Source of the DNA: Pedobacter sp.
GTDB lineage: Bacteria > Bacteroidota > Bacteroidia > Sphingobacteriales > Sphingobacteriaceae
Direction of reading: 5' to 3'
Length of the DNA: 64,000 nt
NCBI RefSeq assembly: GCF_045627485.1
Contig: NZ_JAZQNU010000050.1
Coordinates: 1,031-65,030 of the forward strand
Below, one piece after another: positions 55,712 to 64,000 of the stretch (positions are counted from its first letter, which is position 1; each line of letters begins with the position of its first letter). The notes beneath the pieces are model-generated. The model saw only the letters and a program-made list of their open reading frames with translations. It searched no databases and was not told the DNA's origin. The position numbers and the translations under genes were made by a program.

Positions 55712-55733
55712 ACAAAGCGCCGCTATAGATGTT
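55710..55733 (+). promoter_or_regulatory. AAC-N16-TGTT element (putative ECF-sigma promoter)
   Basis: AAAC-aaagcgccgctataga-TGTTATTA, 42 nt upstream of ORF 55776. Confidence 0.55.
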
Positions 55734-55775
55734 ATTATAGTAATCAATTGTATTTTTTTACTAAAAACTATCCTT

Positions 55776-55991
55776 ATGATTACTCCAGAAAACCATAACG
55801 AAGAAAACCACAATCAGGAAAGCGAAGAAAATAGAAAAACTATCTATAAAGAAACGCAGGATGATAGAGAAGATGAAAAAGATGCGGGTGATTCTTCTTC
55901 TGTAGGTGATATAGGCCGCACAGATTTTGCTCGTAGAGCAGAGCGTAAACATAATCCTTTAGGATCCAGTCATGAACCGGGATCCTTATAA
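55776..55991 (+). CDS. Small hydrophilic, probably disordered protein
   Basis: 71 aa, rich in E/D/N/R/G/S with almost no hydrophobic core; has its own upstream element and a downstream terminator. Confidence 0.75.
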   Translation: MITPENHNEENHNQESEENRKTIYKETQDDREDEKDAGDSSSVGDIGRTDFARRAERKHNPLGSSHEPGSL

Positions 55992-56030
55992 ATAAAAAAA
56001 GCTTGCCGAGAGGCAAGCTTTTTTTATTTA
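55991..56030. terminator. Bidirectional intrinsic terminator
   Basis: AATAAAAAAAGCTTGCC-gaga-GGCAAGCTTTTTTTATT. Confidence 0.9.
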
Positions 56031-56036
56031 TAAGGA

Positions 56037-56882
56037 TTAGTTCTTCATCATTTTTAGAAAAGTAGCTAGTTTTGATTTCATTGCTCTTCTATCAACTATG
56101 AAATCCAAAAACCCATGTTCTAAAACGAACTCGGAGGTTTGGAAACCTTTAGGTAGGTCTTTTTTTATGGTTTCTTTAATTACCCTTGGTCCTGCAAAAC
56201 CAATCAATGCGCCTGGTTCAGCAATGTTTAAATCGCCCAGCATAGCGTAAGATGCGGTAACACCTCCTGTAGTAGGGTCAGTTAATAAAGAGACATATGG
56301 AACTCTAGCCTGGCTTAACAGGGCCAGTTTAGCCGATGTTTTAGCCATTTGCATTAAAGAAAATGCGGCTTCCATCATCCGGGCACCACCAGATTTAGAA
56401 ATCATTAAAAATGGAACCTTATGTTTAATGCTGTAATCAATTGAACGGGCAATTTTCTCACCAACTACCGAACCCATAGAGCCACCAATAAAGTTAAAGT
56501 CCATACATGCAATCACAATATCTTCACCTTCAATTTTACCATGTGCCGAACGGATCGCATCCTTTAACCCCGTTTTCTGCATGCTGTCTACTAATCTTTC
56601 TTTATAAGGCTTGCTATCAACAAAATTTAATGGATCTGTCGATTTTAAGTCTGCAAAAAGTTCTGTGAACTGGTTGTCGTCAAATAATACCTGAAAATAT
56701 TCTTTAGAACCTACCCTTAAATGATAATCACAATAGTGGCATACATATTTATTTTCAATAAGGTCTGCGCTATGTAAAGCCTTTTTACAATTAGGACATT
56801 TATTCCATAAACCGTCGGGCGCTTCCTTTTTTTCTTCTGTACGTGTACTAATACCTTTATTTTCTCTCTTAAACCAAGCCAT
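56037..56882 (-). CDS. accD: Acetyl-CoA carboxylase carboxyltransferase beta subunit
   Basis: WNKCPNC..CHYC zinc motif, [30 protein letters not shown]. Confidence 0.98.
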   Translation of the reverse strand: MAWFKRENKGISTRTEEKKEAPDGLWNKCPNCKKALHSADLIENKYVCHYCDYHLRVGSKEYFQVLFDDNQFTELFADLKSTDPLNFVDSKPYKERLVDSMQKTGLKDAIRSAHGKIEGEDIVIACMDFNFIGGSMGSVVGEKIARSIDYSIKHKVPFLMISKSGGARMMEAAFSLMQMAKTSAKLALLSQARVPYVSLLTDPTTGGVTASYAMLGDLNIAEPGALIGFAGPRVIKETIKKDLPKGFQTSEFVLEHGFLDFIVDRRAMKSKLATFLKMMKN

Positions 56883-57485
56883 GTTATTTGTTGAAAAATG
56901 CGATTACAAAGAAACAAAAAAAAATCTTAACCGTATGCGCTAGTTTCACGTTGATACTTTATTGCCATTTTACAGGTGCCTGTTCAAACAATTCGGCCAT
57001 CGAGGATCCTGGGCCTGATAGTTTTGCTTGCTTTGTCGCAAGTTTACCTGGGTAAGGGTGTAGGTTATACCTTGCACTATTACCTTCATTATAGGGGTTT
57101 GATGCGAAGCACCTTTCTGTATGAAGCGTTCTCTTTGGTTAAACTGTTGTTATCACTAGTTAGACCTTAACCTAGTTTACAAGGTGTTTACTTCCTTTTT
57201 AGTGCATCTGTGGTTTGCGCCTGTGAAGTAAGGGTATGGACAATCGGCAGTAATATCAGTCCCGAAAATATAAGTTTCTTTCTCGTATATAGGTTAGATT
57301 AAAGGTTGTTTCACAGTGAACTACGTTTCCCTAATATAATACAAAAAGTGAAGCGAAAAGAAATCACCTGAGTAATAAAAATAGTGCTTAGCGGGTAAGT
57401 GTAACTTTGACACTAAAATAATACCGGCCCAAATTTGCCCAGACCTTAATTTTTTATAACTTCGGCATATACAAAATTTAAGAAA

Positions 57486-58565
57486 ATGAGTTTAAAAGGC
57501 TACAAAGGCGTTATCTATGGAGATGCCGTTCAGGAATTGTTTGAGCAGGCTAAAAAACATCAGTTTGCACTACCTGCAGTAAACGTTACTGGTACCAACA
57601 CTGTAAATGCGGTAATGGAAACTGCCAAGGCAGTAAATTCGCCGGTGATGATACAATTATCTAATGGTGGTGCACAGTTTTATGCTGGCAAAACCCTAAA
57701 CAACGATAACCTTCAGGCCTGTGTTTTGGGCGCTGTATCTGCCGCCAAACACGTTCATTTATTAGCTGAACATTATGGCGTTGCTGTGGTATTACATACA
57801 GATCATGCTGCTAAGAAATTACTTCCATGGATTGATGGATTGTTAGATCATGGTGAGAAATTTTTCGCAGAAACTGGAAAACCTTTATTTTCATCACATA
57901 TGCTCGATCTATCGGAGGAGCCAATTGAAGAAAATATGGAAATCTCTGCAAAATATTTAGCGCGTATGGCTAAAATGGGTATGACGATCGAAATTGAATT
58001 AGGTGTTACTGGTGGTGAAGAAGATGGTGTAGATAACAGTGACGTAGATAGTTCTAAATTATATACACAACCTTCAGAAGTTGCTTATGCATATGAGCAA
58101 TTGAGTAAAGTAAGTGATAAATTTACTGTTGCTGCTGCTTTTGGAAACGTACATGGTGTTTACAAACCAGGTAATGTTAAATTACAGCCGGTAATTTTGA
58201 AAAACTCTCAGGAGTATATCAAAGAGAAATTTGGATTGACTGCTGAAAAACCTATCAACTTTGTTTTTCATGGTGGATCTGGTTCTTCGCAGGAAGAAAT
58301 CAGAGAAGCAATTTCTTATGGGGCCATTAAAATGAACATTGATACCGATATGCAATGGGCTTTTTGGGAAGGTATTCATGATTACTATGTTGCTAATGAA
58401 GCTTACTTACAAGCACAGATTGGTAATCCAGATGGAGACGATAAACCAAATAAAAAATACTATGATCCACGTGTGTGGTTACGTAAAGGCGAAGAATCTT
58501 TTGTTAAACGCTTAACGCAAGCTTTCGAAGACCTGAACTGCAGAAACGCAAGTGATAAATTATAA
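57486..58565 (+). CDS. fbaA: Class II fructose-bisphosphate aldolase
   Basis: LHTDH, SSHMLDLS, FGNVHGVYKPG, FHGGSGS, KKYYDPR. Confidence 0.98.
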   Translation: MSLKGYKGVIYGDAVQELFEQAKKHQFALPAVNVTGTNTVNAVMETAKAVNSPVMIQLSNGGAQFYAGKTLNNDNLQACVLGAVSAAKHVHLLAEHYGVAVVLHTDHAAKKLLPWIDGLLDHGEKFFAETGKPLFSSHMLDLSEEPIEENMEISAKYLARMAKMGMTIEIELGVTGGEEDGVDNSDVDSSKLYTQPSEVAYAYEQLSKVSDKFTVAAAFGNVHGVYKPGNVKLQPVILKNSQEYIKEKFGLTAEKPINFVFHGGSGSSQEEIREAISYGAIKMNIDTDMQWAFWEGIHDYYVANEAYLQAQIGNPDGDDKPNKKYYDPRVWLRKGEESFVKRLTQAFEDLNCRNASDKL

Positions 58566-58579
58566 TCATTAAATATTGG

Positions 58580-58612
58580 GCGCCACAAGGTTTCTTGTGG
58601 CGCTTTTTTTTT
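58580..58612 (+). terminator. Intrinsic terminator
   Basis: GCGCCACAAG-gttt-CTTGTGGCGC plus T9. Confidence 0.9.
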
Positions 58613-58619
58613 GAAAAAA

Positions 58620-59051
58620 ATGACAACAACCCTGGAAGTTAGAAAAGTAACCCATGCTGATGAGCTGGCTAAAGTATTTGCAATCCGGAAAATTGTTTTT
58701 GTTGAAGAACAAAGCTGTCCCCCGGAACTCGAATTTGAAAATGAAGAGGTTTCCACACATTTTCTAGCCTTGTTAGACAATGTGCCTTGTGGTGCGTGCC
58801 GTTGGCGTAAAACTGAGTATGGTTATAAACTGGAGCGGTTTGCGGTGCTTAAGGAATACCGTGGCCGGGGTGTGGGTATGGCTATGGTAGCCGCAGCGCT
58901 GGATGATCTGCCTCCAGATGCTGATTACATTTACCTCCATGCACAGCTCGATGCGATGTCTTTGTATGGCAAATTTGGGTTTAAACCTGTAGGGGAGCAA
59001 TTTGAAGAGGCTGGTATCCAGCACTACAAAATGGTAAAGTCCGCTTTATAA
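58620..59051 (+). CDS. GNAT family N-acetyltransferase (ElaA-like)
   Basis: IRKIVFVEEQ, LERFAVLKEYRGRGVG, LHAQ, EAGIQH. Confidence 0.92.
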   Translation: MTTTLEVRKVTHADELAKVFAIRKIVFVEEQSCPPELEFENEEVSTHFLALLDNVPCGACRWRKTEYGYKLERFAVLKEYRGRGVGMAMVAAALDDLPPDADYIYLHAQLDAMSLYGKFGFKPVGEQFEEAGIQHYKMVKSAL

Positions 59052-59900
59052 AAACACCCTGCCAGAGAATGCGATGGCTTCCTGCCATTTTTCTTTATTC
59101 AGGTGTAAATCAATTCCTTGTTCCTCCAGGTAGTTGATCAAGTCTTCAGTTGCCAGATTACCGGTTAGGTTATCACTTGCCATAGGGCAACCACCATAAC
59201 CCCTGAGGGCACTGTCGAAACGGCGGCATCCGCTTTCATAGGCTGCGGCTATCTTTTCGCGCCTTGTGGCCGGTGTACTGTGTAAATGAACCCCAATTTC
59301 CGTATCGGGGAAACGGCTGATCAATCCAGGTACAATCTCTCTAATCTTTTCTGGTGTCGAAACCCCAGTGGTATCGGCCAGGGATAATACCGTAACCCCA
59401 CGTGCGATTAACTGCTCTGTACGCTGCACTACAATGTCAATATTCCATTCATCTCCGTAAGGATTTCCAAATCCCATAGACAGGTATACTACAGCTGTTT
59501 TTCCGCTGCGGCCACAATGTTCTAGCAGCTGGTCGATGGTTTGAAGCGACTGATCAATGCTCGAATTGGTATTACGCTGCTGGAAGGTCTCAGAGATCGA
59601 AAAAGGGAAACCCAGATAAGAAATCGCCTGGTGAACAATAGCTTCTTCTACGCCCCTTAAATTGGCTACAATGGCCAGCAATTTAGTCTTGGTGTTTAAA
59701 TCGAGCAGTTCCAGCACCTCTCGAGTATCGCGTAACTGAGGAATGGCCCTGGCAGAAACAAAACTTCCAAAATCTAACGTATCAAAGCCTGTTTGTAAAA
59801 GTAGATTAAGGTAGGTTGCTTTAGTTTTGGTGTCAATAAATTGATAAATGCCTTGCATGGCATCTCGCGGGCATTCTACCAGTTTTATTTTGTTGTTCAT
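59046..59900 (-). CDS. Hydroxymethylglutaryl-CoA lyase family
   Basis: ECPRDAMQG, GSFVS, LADTTG, HLH, GGCP, GNLATE. Confidence 0.9.
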   Translation of the reverse strand: MNNKIKLVECPRDAMQGIYQFIDTKTKATYLNLLLQTGFDTLDFGSFVSARAIPQLRDTREVLELLDLNTKTKLLAIVANLRGVEEAIVHQAISYLGFPFSISETFQQRNTNSSIDQSLQTIDQLLEHCGRSGKTAVVYLSMGFGNPYGDEWNIDIVVQRTEQLIARGVTVLSLADTTGVSTPEKIREIVPGLISRFPDTEIGVHLHSTPATRREKIAAAYESGCRRFDSALRGYGGCPMASDNLTGNLATEDLINYLEEQGIDLHLNKEKWQEAIAFSGRVFL

Positions 59901-60006
59901 CCGGGGAATGGTAATTATTTAGGTGTACTGGTTATAAGCTAATATTAAGCTTAACTCTTGTGAATTATGAGGTTTTCTTGATTCAAAATTTACGCTGTTT
60001 CGACTG

Positions 60007-60267
60007 CTATTTTAAATTTCTAGCGCTTATTTCATTTTTTAACTCATTCTCGTATTCTTTCTTTTTCTTTCCACTGTTAGTCAACAGGAACACAAAAAAC
60101 AGCGGGAAAAAAGTAAAGAAAGTAAATCCATTTTTTACGGCACTATAGGTAAATACCCCAATAAGTAAACCTATAAGTGTAGCACTTATAATTTTGTTGG
60201 AATTCAGCTTCTTTTGTTCTTGAAGGAGTTCCTGGTCATCTAATTCTGATATTTTTTTTGGTTCCAT
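60007..60267 (-). CDS. Small two-TM hypothetical protein
   Basis: 86 aa, charged ends with two hydrophobic segments; in an AT-rich tract. Confidence 0.7.
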   Translation of the reverse strand: MEPKKISELDDQELLQEQKKLNSNKIISATLIGLLIGVFTYSAVKNGFTFFTFFPLFFVFLLTNSGKKKKEYENELKNEISARNLK

Positions 60268-60442
60268 TTTTTCTGTAGTATAATTAGTATAGGTTTTATT
60301 TTAGGTTTACACTAATATACATATTGGCAATTTATTATTTTAATATAATATTAATAGGTAGTGGTCGCTACTATCCAGAGTTTAACTGATAATTATGGAA
60401 CCTTAATAGTCAGGTTGACTCTATCATTGGTATGTTAAAAAG

Positions 60443-60949
60443 TTACTTCGTCAATTTCCAATAGATCATCTCTTGATCTTCCCCACTTTTCTCGAAATTA
60501 AGAAAGGTTAATATTCTTTGTGAAGCTAAATTTTCCTTTGAACAACTCGCAGTGATGGTATTGATCCCGGGCTGCTTAAACGCCCACCTTATTAGCCCTA
60601 AAGCGGCTTCTTTTGCATATCCCTTTTGAGTTTCACTATTAATAATCCCATACCCAAGATCAATTTCGCCATGTTTATTAGGAAGTCCCTTAAATCCAAT
60701 GTCTCCAATTAATGTATTTGTGCTTTTATTGAGAACCATCCAAGACTCAAATCCAGAAGGAGATTTTACTTTATTCAAATTATTTAAAATTCTTGGTATA
60801 GTATCCAATGAATCCAAATCTGGCCATCCGTAACCGGGTGTAATACCTAAATCTACAAGTGATGAAGTTGAACAAGACAATACTTCCTCGCAAATTTGTA
60901 TAGTAAACGGCAGCAATTTTAATCTATCTGTTTCAATCTGAAGTGACAT
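60443..60949 (-). CDS. RimJ/RimL-type GNAT acetyltransferase
   Basis: IETDRLKL, IGDIGFKG, DLGYGI, QKGYAKEA, NLASQRIL. Confidence 0.9.
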   Translation of the reverse strand: MSLQIETDRLKLLPFTIQICEEVLSCSTSSLVDLGITPGYGWPDLDSLDTIPRILNNLNKVKSPSGFESWMVLNKSTNTLIGDIGFKGLPNKHGEIDLGYGIINSETQKGYAKEAALGLIRWAFKQPGINTITASCSKENLASQRILTFLNFEKSGEDQEMIYWKLTK

Positions 60950-61250
60950 ATTGAAATACCGTGTATATGTTGATTAATTTGTGTTGAAGCGCAATATTAA
61001 GCAATTTTTTCCGATCGACTATCTTAGCATATCTTGTCAGGATATTGAAGGAAAATTTTTTATAGAAAGGGAGTGAGTATTTTGATAGTTGTAAAAAATA
61101 CAATTTACCTAAATCTATAAACACAGTAGATAACCAAATTAGTAAAGTTGATTCGATAAAGCCTTTGTCGCATGGTTCCTGATTAGGGCAAAGACACAGA
61201 AAATGCAATTTGATCTAAACTGCTATTTATCATTGCTTATTTGATTAAGC

Positions 61251-61284
61251 AAAAAAAGGTATCCGGTTTATCCGGATACCTTTT
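61251..61284 (-). terminator. Intrinsic terminator of secDF
   Basis: AAAAGGTATCCGG-ttta-TCCGGATACCTTTT; the A7 on the plus strand gives a U tract on the minus strand. Confidence 0.85.
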
Positions 61285-61303
61285 AAATGGTAGTTGTAAT
61301 TGC

Positions 61304-64000
61304 TTATTTGTTCCTTCCTAAATCGACTACGATAGGCGTAGAGATACATAGAGAAGAGTAAGTACCGATTACACGGCCAATTAATAAGGCAAATATGAAT
61401 CCTCTGATGCTGTCGCCGCCAAAGATGAAAATCACCAATAACACGAAGAATACAGTTAAAGAGGTTAGAATGGTACGACTTAATGTACTGTTCAACGCGA
61501 AGTTGATCAGACGATTACGATCTTCACCATGAATATCAGGTTTGTTTGATTCGGCCAATTTCTCACGAATACGGTCAAATACAACCACTGTTTCAGTCAT
61601 GGTGTAAGACATTACCGTTAGAATTGCGGCGATAAAATCTTGTCCAATTTCTAAAGAGAAAGGAAGCACACCATCAAGGATCGTATAGAATGATAATACC
61701 AGCAACACATCATGGAACAAGGCGATTACCGCTCCTAAACCATAGTTTACTTTTTTAAACCTTACAATGATGTAGATAAACATCAGCAAACAAGAGAATA
61801 AGATGGCACCATAAGCACTGTACACTAAATCACTGGCAATAATGGGTCCTACTTTCTGGTTACTTTGTATTACATACTTCGTGTTTGTTTCAGCCAAACC
61901 TGCTTTTAAGGCATCTTCAACCAATTTATCAGCATTTGGAAGCTGGTCTGTGATATGGAAAGTAGTAGTGATTTTTAATTCAGTATCGTCACCAGCAGTT
62001 TTAACTTCAGGAGCCTCACCTTCAAAATGTGGCGCTAATTTAGCTTTCACATCTTCAGTGTCCATTGGTTTATCGAAGTGAACGATATACGAACGACCAC
62101 CTTTAAAGTCGATACCTAGTTTCAATCCGTCGTGTTTAACGTACATGATTGCACCTAAAGTAATGATTACTGCAGAGATGATGTAATATACTTTTCTATG
62201 ACCAACAAAGTCAAATGCGATATCTTTAAAGGCATGCAAGGTGTATTTGTTACCAAAAGTAATGGTTGCGCCTTTTTCTAATAAGCTGTCGAATACAAGT
62301 CTTGATATTAATACTGCACAGAATAGTGACGAAAGTATACCGATACATAAAGTAGTTGCAAAACCTTGAACCGGTCCGCTACCAAAAATGTAAAGAATAA
62401 CCCCTAAAATCAATACCGTAACGTTGGAGTCAATGATAGAAGGCATGGCATGTTTGAAACCTTCTTTGATGGCAACTGCAGTACTTTTTCCTGCCACTAA
62501 TTCCTCTCGTACCCTTTCAAAGATCAGGATGTTTGCATCAACCGACAAACCGATTACCAAAATGATACCTGCGATACCTGGCAAGGTTAATACCGCGCCA
62601 AGGGATACCAGGATACCCATGATAAAGAATAAGTTGATAACAAGTGCTAAGTTAGCTACCCAACCTGCTTTGTTGTAATACAAAGCCATGAAGATTAAAA
62701 TAACTACGAAAGCTAACACGAATGATATTAAACCATTGTGGATGGCAGTTTCACCTAATGACGGACCAACAACAAACTCACCAACAATTTTAGCTGGTGC
62801 AGGTAGTTTACCTGCTTTTAAGATATTTGCTAAATCTTGTGTATCGTTTACTGTAAAGCTACCAGTGATGGATGAAATACCATTAGGAATTTCGTTCTGT
62901 ACCGTTGGTGCAGAATAAACCATGTTGTCTAATACAATGGCAATTGCTTTTTTGTTATTTGGGTCTGAAGCAGCTTCAGCTGTAATTTTTTTCCATTTAG
63001 CTGCACCTTCACCTGTCATGTACATAGTTACTTCAGGGCGGCCTTGCTGATCGTAATCACTACGGGCATCGCTTATAGCATCACCACCTAAATCTGGTTT
63101 CCCATCAGGTGAGGTTACTTTAATGGCATATAATTCAAAAACTTTAGAACCTTCCATCGGTTTAACACCCCACATGAATTTGAATGTCTGTGGAATGATA
63201 GATGCGATTTCTGGTCTTGCGAAGTAAGCGTTTACTTTAGCGGTATCTTTTTGAGCTACCCAACCTACAACTGGTCCCGGACGTAAAGCTGGTTGTCCGT
63301 TTTGGCCTTGAAAAGTTGGGATATTTAATACGGAGAATAAAGGATTGCTTTTTGTAATTTCCTGTTGAGCGGCTAAAGAATCTTTACCGGCAGCAGGAGC
63401 TTTAGCTAAACCAGCTAATTTACTTTCCTCTTTAGTGGTATCTGCTGTTACAGCTGGTGCATCAGTATCTTTTAATGTTGATGCAAGTGTGGTATTGATG
63501 TTTTCTAATACAGGATACACCTCATCATTCTGGTATACTTGCCAGAATTGTAATTCTGCAGAACCCTGAAGTAACTTGTGAACCCTTTCCTTATCCTGAA
63601 CACCTGGCATTTCAATTAAGATACGGTTTGTACCTTCTTGTTTCTGCATGTTCGGGCTCACTACACCAAAACCGTCAATACGGCTTCTAATAATAGTAAA
63701 GGAACGATCAATAGCGCTGTTTGCCTGAGCAGACAAATAAGTTTTTACCTGTGCGTTGGTAGCATCGGCTTTAAGGTCTTTAGCGTTGTCTTGATTAGCA
63801 AAGAAACTTGCGAGTTTTCCATTTGGATTTAATCTTTCATACTCATTAACAAACAAAGCGATGAAATCCTTGCCACCTTCGTTTAACTTCTTTTGTGCAT
63901 TAGTGATTGCCTCATTAAATGTGGCATCATCAGGGTTGCCTGCTAAAGATTTAACCAGTTCGCCTAACGATATTTCCATCGTTACGTTCATGCCACCTTT
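61304..64000 (-). CDS. secDF: Protein translocase SecDF fusion (5' part outside window)
   Basis: KGGMNVTMEIS, GPSLG, VDANILIFERVREE (SecD); LGIDFKGG, VVVFDRIRE, GTYSS (SecF). Confidence 0.97.
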   Translation of the reverse strand, partial: KGGMNVTMEISLGELVKSLAGNPDDATFNEAITNAQKKLNEGGKDFIALFVNEYERLNPNGKLASFFANQDNAKDLKADATNAQVKTYLSAQANSAIDRSFTIIRSRIDGFGVVSPNMQKQEGTNRILIEMPGVQDKERVHKLLQGSAELQFWQVYQNDEVYPVLENINTTLASTLKDTDAPAVTADTTKEESKLAGLAKAPAAGKDSLAAQQEITKSNPLFSVLNIPTFQGQNGQPALRPGPVVGWVAQKDTAKVNAYFARPEIASIIPQTFKFMWGVKPMEGSKVFELYAIKVTSPDGKPDLGGDAISDARSDYDQQGRPEVTMYMTGEGAAKWKKITAEAASDPNNKKAIAIVLDNMVYSAPTVQNEIPNGISSITGSFTVNDTQDLANILKAGKLPAPAKIVGEFVVGPSLGETAIHNGLISFVLAFVVILIFMALYYNKAGWVANLALVINLFFIMGILVSLGAVLTLPGIAGIILVIGLSVDANILIFERVREELVAGKSTAVAIKEGFKHAMPSIIDSNVTVLILGVILYIFGSGPVQGFATTLCIGILSSLFCAVLISRLVFDSLLEKGATITFGNKYTLHAFKDIAFDFVGHRKVYYIISAVIITLGAIMYVKHDGLKLGIDFKGGRSYIVHFDKPMDTEDVKAKLAPHFEGEAPEVKTAGDDTELKITTTFHITDQLPNADKLVEDALKAGLAETNTKYVIQSNQKVGPIIASDLVYSAYGAILFSCLLMFIYIIVRFKKVNYGLGAVIALFHDVLLVLSFYTILDGVLPFSLEIGQDFIAAILTVMSYTMTETVVVFDRIREKLAESNKPDIHGEDRNRLINFALNSTLSRTILTSLTVFFVLLVIFIFGGDSIRGFIFALLIGRVIGTYSSLCISTPIVVDLGRNK

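Noticed and set aside
56976-57170. 64-aa ORF (GTG start) in the accD-fbaA gap, and a 39-aa minus-strand ORF in the same region
   Set aside because: Weak start context, no family resemblance, and they overlap predicted hairpins.
60933-61208. 91-aa minus-strand ORF upstream of the RimJ-type GNAT
   Set aside because: Atypical composition, overlaps the GNAT start, no motif; probably spurious.
1050-63832. Numerous short ORF-track entries overlapping long genes on the opposite strand or in another frame (e.g. 1050-1292, 6341-6808, 31439-31849, 42585-43067, 46014-46355)
   Set aside because: Shadow ORFs of well-supported genes, with no motifs or independent start context.
1-64000. CRISPR array, rRNA, tRNA, IS element or prophage
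   Set aside because: No spaced direct repeats, cloverleaf-like sequence, transposase or integrase motifs were seen by eye.

Overview
This is a gene-dense chromosomal window from a Bacteroidota genome. It is probably a Pedobacter-like member of the Sphingobacteriaceae (inference from TAnnTTTG-type -7 promoter elements, A-rich start contexts without Shine-Dalgarno motifs, fused ccoNO, and GLPGLI and DUF3276 proteins). I found no rRNA, tRNA, CRISPR array, transposase or prophage. Housekeeping genes include mgtE, ychF, truC, nusB-DUF1573-yajC-ybbR-coaE, glmM-cysteine desulfurase, accD, fbaA and secDF. Two putative regulatory systems stand out. (1) A microaerobic module at about 24.1-38.7 kb. It has a FixL-type heme-PAS kinase next to a receiver-Crp/Fnr fusion regulator, and TGAY-N4-RTCA boxes in front of four flanking transcription units: the cbb3 oxidase genes ccoI and ccoNO, a hemN operon led by a D-lactate-dehydrogenase-derived protein lacking the whole NAD domain, and a 592-aa unannotated protein that matches the FMN TIM-barrel NMO/FabK/FabX family motif by motif. 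(2) A dispersed AAC-N16/17-TGTT element 24-48 nt upstream of six stress-type genes or operons (SRPBCC, YihY, small protein plus LEA_2, DUF4142, ADH-nei, and a hydrophilic small protein). It suggests an ECF-sigma general-stress regulon. Four small ORFs missed by the ORF track are added. All family assignments come from reading motifs by eye; no database searches were run.
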